Below are positions 18,667-28,135 of a stretch of 64,000 nucleotides of DNA, piece by piece. How positions within the stretch are numbered: position 1 is the first letter of the stretch; each line of letters begins with the position of its first letter. The notes under the pieces are model-generated. The model searched no databases, was not told the origin of the DNA, and worked only from the letters and a program-made list of their open reading frames with translations. This stretch comes from an uncultured Gammaproteobacteria bacterium. GTDB taxonomy: Bacteria; Patescibacteriota; Patescibacteriia; Magasanikbacterales; GWA2-37-8. The stretch covers positions 48,617-112,616 of the forward strand of contig CAZBWU010000001.1 of the NCBI GenBank assembly GCA_964496095.1, in the 5' to 3' direction. A program made the position numbers and the translations under genes.

Positions 18667-19647
18667 ATGACAAATTATATGTTAACCTTCAAAGAAATGT
18701 ACGACCTGGGTGTGAAGCTCGGAGGGGCAGCTGATCCTCGTGGAGCAAAGGGAGTAAAAAAGTATTTAGAAAGAGTTGCAAAAGAGTTCGCAGGTTTGAA
18801 GCCTGAGGATAAAAAATATTTTGAAACAGATAGATTAGTAAACCCATATTTTTTTGATACTCGCATGCATGTTGGTAATCATAAAGATTCAGTAAAAAGA
18901 ATTTTGGCCGGTATTGATGTGGGAGCGGGTGAAATTTTGCTTGCTACTCAACTAAATGAACGTGGGCAAAAAATAGATGCCGTAGTCGCTCATCATCCAA
19001 TGGGAGGAAGTTTGGCCACTCTGCACGGTATTATGGATATGGTGGTAGAAGTTTATGAAGAGTTGGGTGTACCGGTGCATTTGGCAGAAAAATATATGGA
19101 AGAAAGAATTAACGAAGTGGGTCGCAGTGTCCATCCCATCAATCATTATCAAATCATAGATATGGCTAGATTGTTAGGAGTTAATTTTATGAACATGCAT
19201 ACTCCTACCGATAATTTGGTGCATGTATTTTTGGAAGAATTTTTAGCTAAAAAGAAACCGGAAACTGTGGGTGATGTTATGGATGCTTTAATGGAAATTC
19301 CTGAATATCAAGAAGCCAAGAGAAGAGGCAATGGCCCAGTTATTTTTAGCGGTAGCCCTAGAAATAAAGTTGGTAAATATATTTTAGAAATGACTGGCGG
19401 TACTGAACCCGCTAGTAAAATTTATACCGAACTTTCTCGTGTTGGTATAAGTACGGTGGTGGGGATGCATATGCAAAAAGATCAAAGAGATAAAGCTAGT
19501 GAATCCAGTATGAATGTCGTAGTGGCTGGTCATATGTCTTCTGACTCTTTGGGTATGAATTTGTATTTGGATGAGCTCGAGAAAAAAGGTGTGGAAGTTA
19601 TACCGTGTGGTGGATTAATTCGCGTGAGTAGAGTCAAGAAAAAATAA
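18667..19647 (+). CDS. Nif3-like dinuclear metal-centre protein (with an N-terminal extension)
   Basis: DAVVAHHP and NMHTPTDN segments resemble the conserved HHP and HTNLD motifs of the NIF3/YqfO family. The assignment is tentative. Confidence 0.45.
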   Translation: MTNYMLTFKEMYDLGVKLGGAADPRGAKGVKKYLERVAKEFAGLKPEDKKYFETDRLVNPYFFDTRMHVGNHKDSVKRILAGIDVGAGEILLATQLNERGQKIDAVVAHHPMGGSLATLHGIMDMVVEVYEELGVPVHLAEKYMEERINEVGRSVHPINHYQIIDMARLLGVNFMNMHTPTDNLVHVFLEEFLAKKKPETVGDVMDALMEIPEYQEAKRRGNGPVIFSGSPRNKVGKYILEMTGGTEPASKIYTELSRVGISTVVGMHMQKDQRDKASESSMNVVVAGHMSSDSLGMNLYLDELEKKGVEVIPCGGLIRVSRVKKK

Positions 19648-19777
19648 ATCAGGCAGTTCAATTATTGATATTTTTTTGTGGCAAGACGGCTCCCGCTGGG
19701 AGCTCGCCCGCTGTGGCGGGTTGGTGATTGCCACTTTAAAAATATAAATAATTTCTCGTTTCAATAATGTAGGGTCT

Positions 19778-20347
19778 ATGATATCTGTGGTTGCTGGAAA
19801 AATTTTAACCAAAAATGAAAACAAAGTCACGGTACTTACCTCTGGCGGCGTTGGTTATGAAGTTATGGTCAATTTTCGTTCTTCCGAGAATTGGGCAGTG
19901 GGAATGGAAGTAAGTATTTTAACCTATTTAGCTGTGCGAGAAAGTGCCTTGGATTTATATGGCTTTGCAAATTCACAAGAGAAAGATCTGTTTGAGAAGT
20001 TTTTGTTAGTAAGCGGTGTTGGTCCTAAGACTGCTTTGCATTTGTTATCTCTTGGTACAGTGTCAGAAATCTCGACCGCTATCGCTCAAGAAGATTTGGC
20101 CTATCTCACCAATGTAAGTGGTATTGGCAAGAAAACCGCGGAAAGAATTTTGGTGGAACTGAAAAATAAAATGGGTACGGGAATTATGGGCGAAGCAGGT
20201 ATCGATAGTTCGTTGGGAGATGTGATAGAAGGTTTGATGGCTTTGGGCTATTCGCTTCTTGAAGCAAGAAATGCGGTGAAGAATTTAGATGTAAAGGGTA
20301 AAAATAGTGAACAGCTTTTGAAAGAGGCTTTGCAAAGAGTAAAATAA
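19778..20347 (+). CDS. ruvA: Holliday junction branch migration complex subunit RuvA
   Basis: N-terminal OB-fold start (MISVVAGKI...VLTSGGVGYEV) and tandem HhH motifs (LLVSGVGPKTALHLL, LTNVSGIGKKTAERI). Confidence 0.9.
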   Translation: MISVVAGKILTKNENKVTVLTSGGVGYEVMVNFRSSENWAVGMEVSILTYLAVRESALDLYGFANSQEKDLFEKFLLVSGVGPKTALHLLSLGTVSEISTAIAQEDLAYLTNVSGIGKKTAERILVELKNKMGTGIMGEAGIDSSLGDVIEGLMALGYSLLEARNAVKNLDVKGKNSEQLLKEALQRVK

Positions 20348-20375
20348 ATTAGTTAATTTATTTAATATAAAACAT

Positions 20376-21137
20376 ATGGGAACTATAGGATTTTTATTAC
20401 CATGGGTAGTCGGTTTGGTATTTTTAGGTTTAAGAACAGTCCAACAATATCAAAAAGGAGTTATTTTCCGTTTTGGTAAAATTGTGGGTATTAAAGAGCC
20501 TGGTCTAAATTGGATTATTCCATTTATTGATCAAGTGCGTAAAGTTGATTTCCGCACGGTCACATTGCCTGTGCCAACTCAAAAAATTATTACTCGCGAT
20601 AATGTGTCAGTCGATGTTTCGGCTGTAGCCTATTACAAGATAGTTGATCCAATCAAGAGTATTGTGGCGATTGAAAATGTGATGAGTGCGATAAACCAAA
20701 TCGCCCAAACTTCAATTCGCAACATTGTTGGTAAATTTCAACTCGATGAAATACTTAGCGAACGTGAACAGATTAACAAAAGTATTGCTGGCGTTTTGGA
20801 TGCTCATACAGAAGCTTGGGGAGTGGTGGTGTCTGTGGTAGAAATAAAAGATATTGAATTGCCAGAAGGTATGCAGAGAGCGATGGCCAAACAGGCGGAA
20901 GCGGAAAGAGAAAAGCGCGCCAAGATTATTGCTGCTGAGGGTGAATTTTTGGCTTCCCAAAGGCTCGCAGATACAGCCGATGTTATGCAAGCTCATCCAA
21001 TTGCTTTACAACTTCGCAATTTGCAAACTATGGCTGAAATTAGTGTGGAAAAAAACTCAACTATTATCTTCCCTGCTCAGTTTATGAGCACAATCGGTGA
21101 AATCAAGAAATTCATGAGCCAAGAAACAGCTAAGTAG
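20376..21137 (+). CDS. SPFH/band-7 (stomatin/HflK-like) domain membrane protein
   Basis: N-terminal TM segment, then the SPFH core (RTVTLPVPTQKIITRDNVSVDVSAVAYYKIVDP) and a coiled-coil (AMAKQAEAEREKRAKIIAAEGE). Confidence 0.85.
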   Translation: MGTIGFLLPWVVGLVFLGLRTVQQYQKGVIFRFGKIVGIKEPGLNWIIPFIDQVRKVDFRTVTLPVPTQKIITRDNVSVDVSAVAYYKIVDPIKSIVAIENVMSAINQIAQTSIRNIVGKFQLDEILSEREQINKSIAGVLDAHTEAWGVVVSVVEIKDIELPEGMQRAMAKQAEAEREKRAKIIAAEGEFLASQRLADTADVMQAHPIALQLRNLQTMAEISVEKNSTIIFPAQFMSTIGEIKKFMSQETAK

Positions 21138-21160
21138 TTTATAAAATATTATCGTTATTT

Positions 21161-21598
21161 ATGATCTGGCTTTTTTATTCTTTGGCGACCATAATTTTAT
21201 ATGGTGTCCATGATATTTTGGTTAAACATTTAGCTGGGAATGTTAATGAAATTACAGCCAGCACCATTATTAATGGTAGCGCAAGCTTGATTTTACTTTT
21301 TATAGCAATTTTATTTTACATATTTAATCCGGAAACTAAATTTTTATCTGGTATAAATAATGAAAATTTTATTTGGTTGTGCTTAGCTGGAATTTGCTTA
21401 GGTATAGCAACTGTTACCTTAATGTCTTCTTTTAATAAGGGCGGCTCTTTTTCTATTGTTATACCAATTGTTTATGTAGGGATTATTTTAGTTAGTGCTT
21501 TAGTTGGGTTTTTTTATTTTAAAGAACCTTTAAATTTTAAGCAGATACTAGGTGTAGTTTTAAGCGTAGTTGGAATGGTTTTTTTATTGCAAAAATAA
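21161..21598 (+). CDS. Small 4-TM membrane protein (SMR/EamA-like small transporter)
   Basis: 145 aa with four hydrophobic helices. It starts 7 nt upstream of the decarboxylase gene. Confidence 0.45.
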   Translation: MIWLFYSLATIILYGVHDILVKHLAGNVNEITASTIINGSASLILLFIAILFYIFNPETKFLSGINNENFIWLCLAGICLGIATVTLMSSFNKGGSFSIVIPIVYVGIILVSALVGFFYFKEPLNFKQILGVVLSVVGMVFLLQK

Positions 21599-21604
21599 TC
21601 TTTT

Positions 21605-22846
21605 ATGAATTCGATAAAAAGTTTAGTTAAAAAACACGGAAGCCCAATTGTTTTATTTTCCAAAAAAGAATTTAAAAAGTCGTATTCATCGCTACAGAAA
21701 TTTTTACCTCAGGTTAAGCATTTTTATTCTTTGAAGCCCCTGCCATTTGAAGAATGTGTAAAAATTGTGTCGAGTTGCAAAGGCTACGTAGATGTTGCTT
21801 CTTTAGGTGAATTAGAAATGGTAAAAAAAGTAGACCCAACCATGCTTTCTCGTTGTATATACACACATCCTATAAAAAAAGATGCTGAAATTAAATCGGC
21901 ATTTGAAAATGGTGTAGACGTAATGGTGGTGGATAATATGGAGGAAATTAAAAAATTTTTACCCTATAAAGATAAAGTAAAAATTTTAATTCGCCTTGGT
22001 TTTCCAAACGATGAAGCAAAGTGCAATCTGTCTGAAAGATATGGGGCTGATGAAGCAACATTTAAAGAACTTGTAAATTTTGCTTTTGATAACCAATTAA
22101 ATATAATTGGGGCCTCGTTTCATGTTGGAAGTCAAATGCAGAAACCAACCGAGCATATTAATGCTATTAAAAAGTGCAAGGTGTTTTATGATTGGGTATT
22201 TAAAAATCATGGCACAAGGTTTGGTACTTTAGATATTGGAGGTGGCTTTCCCGCAAAGTACAATAACTCTGATATGGATTTAGAAAAATTTTGTAAACCA
22301 ATCGGAGAGGCATTAGAAAATTTTTTCCCAAATACTGAAATTTGGTCTGAACCAGGAAGATCTGTTGCTGCCAATTGCATGATAGCCGTAAGCAGGGTAG
22401 TAGGGAAGACATTTAAAAATGGTAAAATGTGGTATTATTTGGACGATGGAGTTTATGGAACATATTCGGGTATGATGTATGAAGATATAACCTACGAGCT
22501 CTATTCTGTTAAAAAATCTAATGAAAAACCAATTGCTTCTATTTTTGCTGGCCCAACTTGCGATAGTGTGGATATTATAGTGCCAAATGTAATGTTCCAA
22601 CCCTTGGATATAGGAGATATTCTTTTTTCTAAAAGAATAGGGGCCTATAGCGTAACTAACAGAACACGTTTTAACTTGCTTGAATTAGCAAAGGTAATAC
22701 CGTATGATTTTGATTTAGAAGATTTTGAAAATATTTCGAGCTCTACGTCGGTCAGTGAGGAAAAAAATCTAATTCAAAAAATTTTTGGTACAGTATTTAA
22801 TCATACGGTCGCTCCATATAGGTATTTTAATAAAAAGAAAATTTAA
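21605..22846 (+). CDS. PLP-dependent Orn/Lys/Arg decarboxylase (alanine racemase-fold, group IV; ODC/DapDC-like)
   Basis: FYSLKPLP (Lys-PLP region), FHVGSQ, GGGFP and EPGRS motifs. The 413-aa length fits. Confidence 0.8.
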   Translation: MNSIKSLVKKHGSPIVLFSKKEFKKSYSSLQKFLPQVKHFYSLKPLPFEECVKIVSSCKGYVDVASLGELEMVKKVDPTMLSRCIYTHPIKKDAEIKSAFENGVDVMVVDNMEEIKKFLPYKDKVKILIRLGFPNDEAKCNLSERYGADEATFKELVNFAFDNQLNIIGASFHVGSQMQKPTEHINAIKKCKVFYDWVFKNHGTRFGTLDIGGGFPAKYNNSDMDLEKFCKPIGEALENFFPNTEIWSEPGRSVAANCMIAVSRVVGKTFKNGKMWYYLDDGVYGTYSGMMYEDITYELYSVKKSNEKPIASIFAGPTCDSVDIIVPNVMFQPLDIGDILFSKRIGAYSVTNRTRFNLLELAKVIPYDFDLEDFENISSSTSVSEEKNLIQKIFGTVFNHTVAPYRYFNKKKI

Positions 22847-22851
22847 TAAGT

Positions 22852-22962
22852 ATGGCTGAAATTAGTGTGGAGAAAAACTCAACCATCATTTTCCCAGCTC
22901 AGTTTATGAGTACAATCGGTGAGATTAGGAAATTCATGAGTCAAGAAACGGTAAATAATTAG
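22852..22962 (+). pseudogene. Orphan duplicate of the SPFH gene 3' end (gene remnant)
   Basis: About 110 nt that are roughly 85% identical to 21031-21137. It would encode MAEISVEKNSTIIFPAQFMSTIGEIRKFMSQETVNN against the SPFH C-terminus MAEISVEKNSTIIFPAQFMSTIGEIKKFMSQETAK. The differences are almost all synonymous. Confidence 0.75.
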
Positions 22963-22967
22963 CTTCT

Positions 22968-23888
22968 TTAAATCTTACCTAATACTAGTGCCAATAATGC
23001 TTGGCGTATGTATAAGCCATTGGCTGCCTGCTGAAAGTAATAAGCATATGGTGTTGCGTCCACGTCTGTATGAATTTCATTAATACGTGGGAGAGGGTTT
23101 AGGATCCGCATAGTTTTTTTGGCTCCTCGTAGCATATCGGCTCGGAGGACGTATACATTTTTTAGTCGTTCAAATTCAGCCTTATCTGAAAATCGTTCTT
23201 CTTGGACGCGATTTGTATAGAGAATATCCACTTTTTTTAGGACATCATCCATATTTTCGTGCAATGAAAACTTTATTCCAGCTTGTTTCAGTTCATTTGT
23301 AATTGAGTCTGGCATTTGCAGGCTTGGAGGAGCAATAAAGTACAATTGGACTTTGAAATGTGTAAGCGCTTGTGCCAATGAATGCATGGTACGGCTATGT
23401 TTAGGGTCGCCCATCATTGCAATGTGAAGCCCATCAATTTTCTTCTGACATTCCAATATAGTAAATAAATCTATCAGAGTTTGCGTTGGGTGTTGATTTG
23501 CCCCATCTCCGCAATTGATGACTGGTTTATCTGTAGCTTCTCCGGCTATCTGAGCGGCGCCTTCAAGAAAATGCCTGATAGCAATTATGTCAACATATTG
23601 GCCGATAATTTTCATGGAGTCATGGAGAGTTTCGCCTTTTTTGGAAGAGGTTACATCTGGATCTGCAAAACCAATAACACTACCCCCGAGTCTTTGCATG
23701 GCGGCTTCAGTGGAAAGACGAGTGCGAGTTGAGGGTTCAAAAAAACAACTTGCTAGGATTTTTCCTTTAAGCAAGTTGTTTTTAGGGGAAACTTTTAATT
23801 GTTTGGCTACTTTTATTATATCCAGAATCTCTTTTTTACTGAGTTCGTTTATAGAGATAATATCTCTGCCGACGAGACTACTTTTCAT
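22968..23888 (-). CDS. pyrB: Aspartate carbamoyltransferase catalytic subunit
   Basis: STRTR carbamoyl-phosphate binding motif, HPTQ (aspartate-specific; OTCases have HPCQ) and the 306-aa length. Confidence 0.85.
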   Translation of the reverse strand: MKSSLVGRDIISINELSKKEILDIIKVAKQLKVSPKNNLLKGKILASCFFEPSTRTRLSTEAAMQRLGGSVIGFADPDVTSSKKGETLHDSMKIIGQYVDIIAIRHFLEGAAQIAGEATDKPVINCGDGANQHPTQTLIDLFTILECQKKIDGLHIAMMGDPKHSRTMHSLAQALTHFKVQLYFIAPPSLQMPDSITNELKQAGIKFSLHENMDDVLKKVDILYTNRVQEERFSDKAEFERLKNVYVLRADMLRGAKKTMRILNPLPRINEIHTDVDATPYAYYFQQAANGLYIRQALLALVLGKI

Positions 23889-24063
23889 ATAGAAAAAGTT
23901 AAAAATTAACTAGCTAAATTTAATCAAGAAAATAGATGTCTGTCAAATGGGTAAATACTGTTGATGGTTGACAATGGGGCTTAAGAGTTATATTATTTAT
24001 CCAAATCTCTATGATAGAGATTTGGATAATATATGTATTTAACTTGTTTATTTTGATTATTTT

Positions 24064-25062
24064 ATGGTTGAAGATAATTTGATTTTTTACGAAAAGAAAA
24101 AGCTGGTTGGAAATATTTCTGTCTTAGGAGTTCCTTTAGATTTGGGTAAAGATGCTTCGGGTACTGAACTAGCTCCTGCGTATATAAGAAATTCGGGGTT
24201 GAAAATAATGTGTGAAGAGATCGGCCTTTCTTATAAAGATCTAGGTGATATAGAGTGCGCAGATAAAATCGTGTCACCAATTGGCGATATTAAAGTAAAG
24301 TATTTGGATGAAATTGTGAGGGTGGTTGAAGAGTCTGCCAAAATTGTCAAAAATGAAGTAGAAGTAGGTAATAAAATGTTGGTTTTGGGTGGAGACCATT
24401 CTATTTCCATTGGTAATATCTCTGGGGCTTCTGTGGCCTGTGAAGGGGATTTGGGAGTGGTTTGGATTGATGCTCATGGCGATATGATGACTCATGAAAA
24501 TACTTTGTCTGGAAATATCCACGGCATGCCATCTTCGGCTGTAATGGGGTTGGGGCATAAAAAATTGACCGATGTTTTAAAGCCAGGCGCCAAAATAAAA
24601 ACTGAAAATATTATTTATATTGGTCTAAAAGATTTGGATCAGGCTGAGGTTGATCTGATTAGAGAAAAGAAACTAAACGCTTTTACAATCATGGATATAG
24701 CTCGCTATGGTCTTGATCCAGTCATGAAAAGTTTGTCTGATCTCAAAAAACGAGTTGGTAATATTTGGGTAAGTTTGGATGTTGACGCTATTGATTCGCT
24801 TTATAGTTCAGCGACGCCTATGGCCACACCCGATGGTCTAAGCGGAAGAGAGATATTTTGTTTGACAAAATATATCGGTAAAATGGACAATTTAGTCGGC
24901 ATGGATATTGTGGAGGTCGCTCCGGAAATGGATGAAAATGGAAAAACCGGCAAGTTGCTTATGGAGCTCACAGCCAATTTATTGGGAAGCGAGTATGGCT
25001 GGTATAGTCAGTATATGAAAAAAGAATTGACCAAACAAGAAGAAAGAAGCCATAAAATTTAA
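24064..25062 (+). CDS. Arginase/agmatinase family ureohydrolase
   Basis: Binuclear Mn motifs GGDHSIS, DAHGD and SLDVDAID. Confidence 0.8.
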   Translation: MVEDNLIFYEKKKLVGNISVLGVPLDLGKDASGTELAPAYIRNSGLKIMCEEIGLSYKDLGDIECADKIVSPIGDIKVKYLDEIVRVVEESAKIVKNEVEVGNKMLVLGGDHSISIGNISGASVACEGDLGVVWIDAHGDMMTHENTLSGNIHGMPSSAVMGLGHKKLTDVLKPGAKIKTENIIYIGLKDLDQAEVDLIREKKLNAFTIMDIARYGLDPVMKSLSDLKKRVGNIWVSLDVDAIDSLYSSATPMATPDGLSGREIFCLTKYIGKMDNLVGMDIVEVAPEMDENGKTGKLLMELTANLLGSEYGWYSQYMKKELTKQEERSHKI

Positions 25063-25067
25063 ATAAA

Positions 25068-25103
25068 TAAAAAAGTCCTAGAAATTTACTAGGGCTTTTT
25101 TAT
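25068..25103. terminator. Bidirectional rho-independent terminator
   Basis: Hairpin AGTCCTAG-aaatttac-TAGGGCT with flanking A and T runs, between the convergent ureohydrolase and gatB genes. Confidence 0.75.
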
Positions 25104-25108
25104 TTATA

Positions 25109-26659
25109 TTATTTCATTTTTTCTCGTAATAATTTTTCCGCTACTACCGGATCGGCTGAGCCTTCGGTGGCTTTCATGACCATGCCTTTGAGAAATTGGA
25201 GAATTGATTCTTTGCCACTTTTGAATTGTTCGACTTGTTGCGGATAGTTCTTTATGATTTCATCTACAACTTCGGATAGCTTGCCTTCATCGCTGATTTG
25301 TCCGTAGCCTTTTTCTTCCATGACGTGCGTTGGGTCAAGGTCAACGCCGGAATCAAGCATTTCATTCAGGATTTTTTGGGCATTGGTGGAGTTAACCCGG
25401 TTGCTATATATCAAAGCAATAAGTTCGGCAAAATTTTCTGGTTTTAATTTGAGAATTTTTATATCAATTTTGCGTTCGGCCATGGCGCCGACAAGCTTAC
25501 TAGTAATCCAACCACCCGCGAGGCGGGCGATTTGTTGTTGTTTGTTTCGTTTGATTTCGTCTGTGTCGGTTTTGGATTCGCTCAAGTTATGAAGCCATTC
25601 TACTAGTTCGGTCATGACATTTTCGGTGTAATCTGCCCAGGTAGAATCATTGGCGAGCAGTTCGGCGTCGGCGTAAGAGAAACCATATTCTTCTCGGAAG
25701 CGTAAGCGTTTAGCTTGAGGGAGTTCTGGTAATAATACTTCACCTGCTACTTTGAGCGGATGAAATGGAGGAATGTCTGGCTCGGGGAAATAGCGGTAAT
25801 CAGCTGAACTTTCTTTTTCTCTTTGCATGACTGTCTCGCCTTTGTTGTCGTCCCAACCCCGAGTTTGTTGTTTCCATGTTTCGCCAATGGCTAACATTTC
25901 AGTCTGTCTTTTTATTTCAAAATCAATCGCTTTTTCGACAGCGCGGAAGGAGTTAATATTTTTGACTTCTACTTTTGGATTGAGGGTATAACCATCTACT
26001 GGTTTGATAATCCCGTGGTCGTTGACGAACTTACCTTCTTCTTGGATAGAAATATTGGCCTCACAGCGCATGTTGCCTTTTTCCATGTCAGCATCGCTGA
26101 TTTCTAGGTAACGAAAAATATTTTGTAATTCTTGGCAATACATTTTGGCTTCAGCAGAGCTAGTGACATCAGGCTCGGAGACAATCTCGACCAGAGGCAC
26201 GCCAGCACGGTTAAAATTGACCAAGGTGTTGCCGGAAGCGTCATGGGATAGTTTGGCCGTGTCTTCTTCCATATGCACTCTGGTGACCCCAATTTGGGCT
26301 TTATCGCGATGATTCTTGCCAGGAAGGAATTCTAGGTCAATGTAGCCGTGTTCGCCAATTGGTTGGTCAAACTGGGATATCTGGTAGCCTTTAGGAAGAT
26401 CTGGGTAAAAGTAATGTTTACGGTCAAATTTGCTTTCAGGATTGATCTCACAATTGAGGGCTTTGGCGATTTTGACTGCCCAGGCCAGGGCGGTTTGGTT
26501 GGGGACTGGCAGGGTGCCAGGGTGAGCGAGGCAGATTTCGCAGATATTTGCATTAGGCTCAGAAACAAAAGGATCATTTTTGCAACTGCAAAACATTTTG
26601 CTTTTGGTTTTGAGTTCAACGTGGATTTCCATGCCGATTATGGGGATGTATTTGGGCAT
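25109..26659 (-). CDS. gatB: Asp-tRNA(Asn)/Glu-tRNA(Gln) amidotransferase subunit B
   Basis: N-terminus MPKYIPIIGMEIHVELKTKSKMFCSC and the C-terminal YqeY-like tail. 516 aa. Confidence 0.95.
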   Translation of the reverse strand: MPKYIPIIGMEIHVELKTKSKMFCSCKNDPFVSEPNANICEICLAHPGTLPVPNQTALAWAVKIAKALNCEINPESKFDRKHYFYPDLPKGYQISQFDQPIGEHGYIDLEFLPGKNHRDKAQIGVTRVHMEEDTAKLSHDASGNTLVNFNRAGVPLVEIVSEPDVTSSAEAKMYCQELQNIFRYLEISDADMEKGNMRCEANISIQEEGKFVNDHGIIKPVDGYTLNPKVEVKNINSFRAVEKAIDFEIKRQTEMLAIGETWKQQTRGWDDNKGETVMQREKESSADYRYFPEPDIPPFHPLKVAGEVLLPELPQAKRLRFREEYGFSYADAELLANDSTWADYTENVMTELVEWLHNLSESKTDTDEIKRNKQQQIARLAGGWITSKLVGAMAERKIDIKILKLKPENFAELIALIYSNRVNSTNAQKILNEMLDSGVDLDPTHVMEEKGYGQISDEGKLSEVVDEIIKNYPQQVEQFKSGKESILQFLKGMVMKATEGSADPVVAEKLLREKMK

Positions 26660-26715
26660 AAATTTAACTTAAATTATGTTATAAGGTTATCATTTTTAAG
26701 TATTCTTTGCAATTA

Positions 26716-26984
26716 AATTTAATCCACCTTTTGTAACCAAAAGCATATTAGTTAGACCCTTTCTTTAGAAGAAAGGGCAAAAAGAAGCGCGAGCTAGTAA
26801 AATTACTCGGAGCCAGACAGGACTTCTCCTCACTTCCGCCCTGAACTCGCCTGCGGTCTCAAACAGCAGGGCGGATTCTTTTGAAGAACCGCTCAGGTTC
26901 GTCTCTGTCTGCTACCTCCTAATTTCAAGGCTCGCACGGACAGTTCGGATAGACGAAAGTCGTCGTTGTCTGTGCGAGCCTTGG
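26716..26984 (-). ncRNA. Structured intergenic element, copy A (candidate 5' leader of gatB). It is listed on the strand of gatB.
   Basis: A palindromic hairpin cttttg-taac-caaaag is followed by a roughly 220-nt core. Copy B (51267-51487) has the same core. Stem regions differ by compensatory changes. Both copies sit about 70 nt upstream of gatB or proS and in the same sense as the gene. Confidence 0.4.
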
Positions 26985-27307
26985 AAAAACGAAGTTTAAA
27001 TTTAGAGATGAGTTTTAGTGTTCGCCCAGCCCGCTCTTGCGGGGCTGGGGAAATTTTCAATTGTTTGAGACAGCTTTTTATAGAAAAGCTGTTGAGTTTT
27101 GAAAATTAACTAAAATGAGGTCTAAATTTTCTGAGTTTTTCCATTGTGAGCGCTTCTTTCTTTTGCTTTCTTCTAAAGAAAGCAAAAAGTAATTTGATTT
27201 TTGTTTACAAAAGGTGAAATTTAGATTTCTTCTAAAGAAGTAGAAAAAAAGTTTATTTAAAAAAACCTCGATCAATGTCGAAGTTTTTTTGTGAAAGATT
27301 TAGAAAA

Positions 27308-28066
27308 TTAGATTTTTGGAGGAGTGAGAGGAATTTCTGATCCGACTGGGTTGGCTTTAGCACTGTAATATAAAATTAAACTTGTTGCAGTAGAGAAAGG
27401 TATTATTGTTGTGTTAATGAGCGAGCTTAATAAAGCTGTCAGAGTTTCTTGTAAGAACTTTGCCATAGGGATTTTTTCAACCACAATTGTCAGTAATAAA
27501 TCTGGGAGAAGGCTTATTAGAAATAAAACAAAGCCAATTCCGATAAGCCTAAAAGTTATTTGCCACCATCGCCCAACTACCAAAGATTTGCTAATGCGTA
27601 AAGCTTCCATACCTCTGGCATTTTCAAGTATAGCTGGGTATGTAACAAAACCATACCAGACAGAGAAAATTATTCCAGGAATAACAAAGAGGATGCTTCC
27701 CCCTAAAATTATTAGGCCTGCTATAAAAGAAACCCAAATAACAGGTAGGATTAAATGATTTGATATTTTGAAATTTTCTTTCCAGTCTAAAGTTTGGTCG
27801 GTTAAATTGGCGTTTAAAGCTCTGATTAAAGCGATTGAGGCTAGTAGGGTAGTTACCAAGCTAGCCGCAAAAATCATTATAATTATTATGTTACTTGCCA
27901 AGCTAGAAGCGGGTAGGAGGATTGAAAGGTATAGTGATATGGTGCCAATGATAGACAGTATCAGGGTTGGTAAAAATATAGCTAGCATGTAAGGCAAATA
28001 ATTACGCCAGTTTTTTTTGTATAATTGGAAGCTTTCTGAAACGAGCTCAGGAACTGTTTTTAACAT
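27308..28066 (-). CDS. Polytopic membrane protein, hypothetical
   Basis: 252 aa with about 6 TM helices. Confidence 0.5.
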   Translation of the reverse strand: MLKTVPELVSESFQLYKKNWRNYLPYMLAIFLPTLILSIIGTISLYLSILLPASSLASNIIIIMIFAASLVTTLLASIALIRALNANLTDQTLDWKENFKISNHLILPVIWVSFIAGLIILGGSILFVIPGIIFSVWYGFVTYPAILENARGMEALRISKSLVVGRWWQITFRLIGIGFVLFLISLLPDLLLTIVVEKIPMAKFLQETLTALLSSLINTTIIPFSTATSLILYYSAKANPVGSEIPLTPPKI

Positions 28067-28135
28067 ATAATTTTCTTAAATAAATTTAATGATTCTTGTT
28101 TCATTGTATCAATTTCTGCCTCTTAATTCAAGCAG

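Noticed and set aside
26348-26716. 122-aa plus-strand ORF overlapping the gatB 5' region and others like it (e.g. 341-580, 2223-2408, 13260-13475, 16474-16722, 59633-60067)
   Set aside because: These are antisense or out-of-frame ORFs embedded in well-supported conserved genes, with no motif content. I treat them as spurious.
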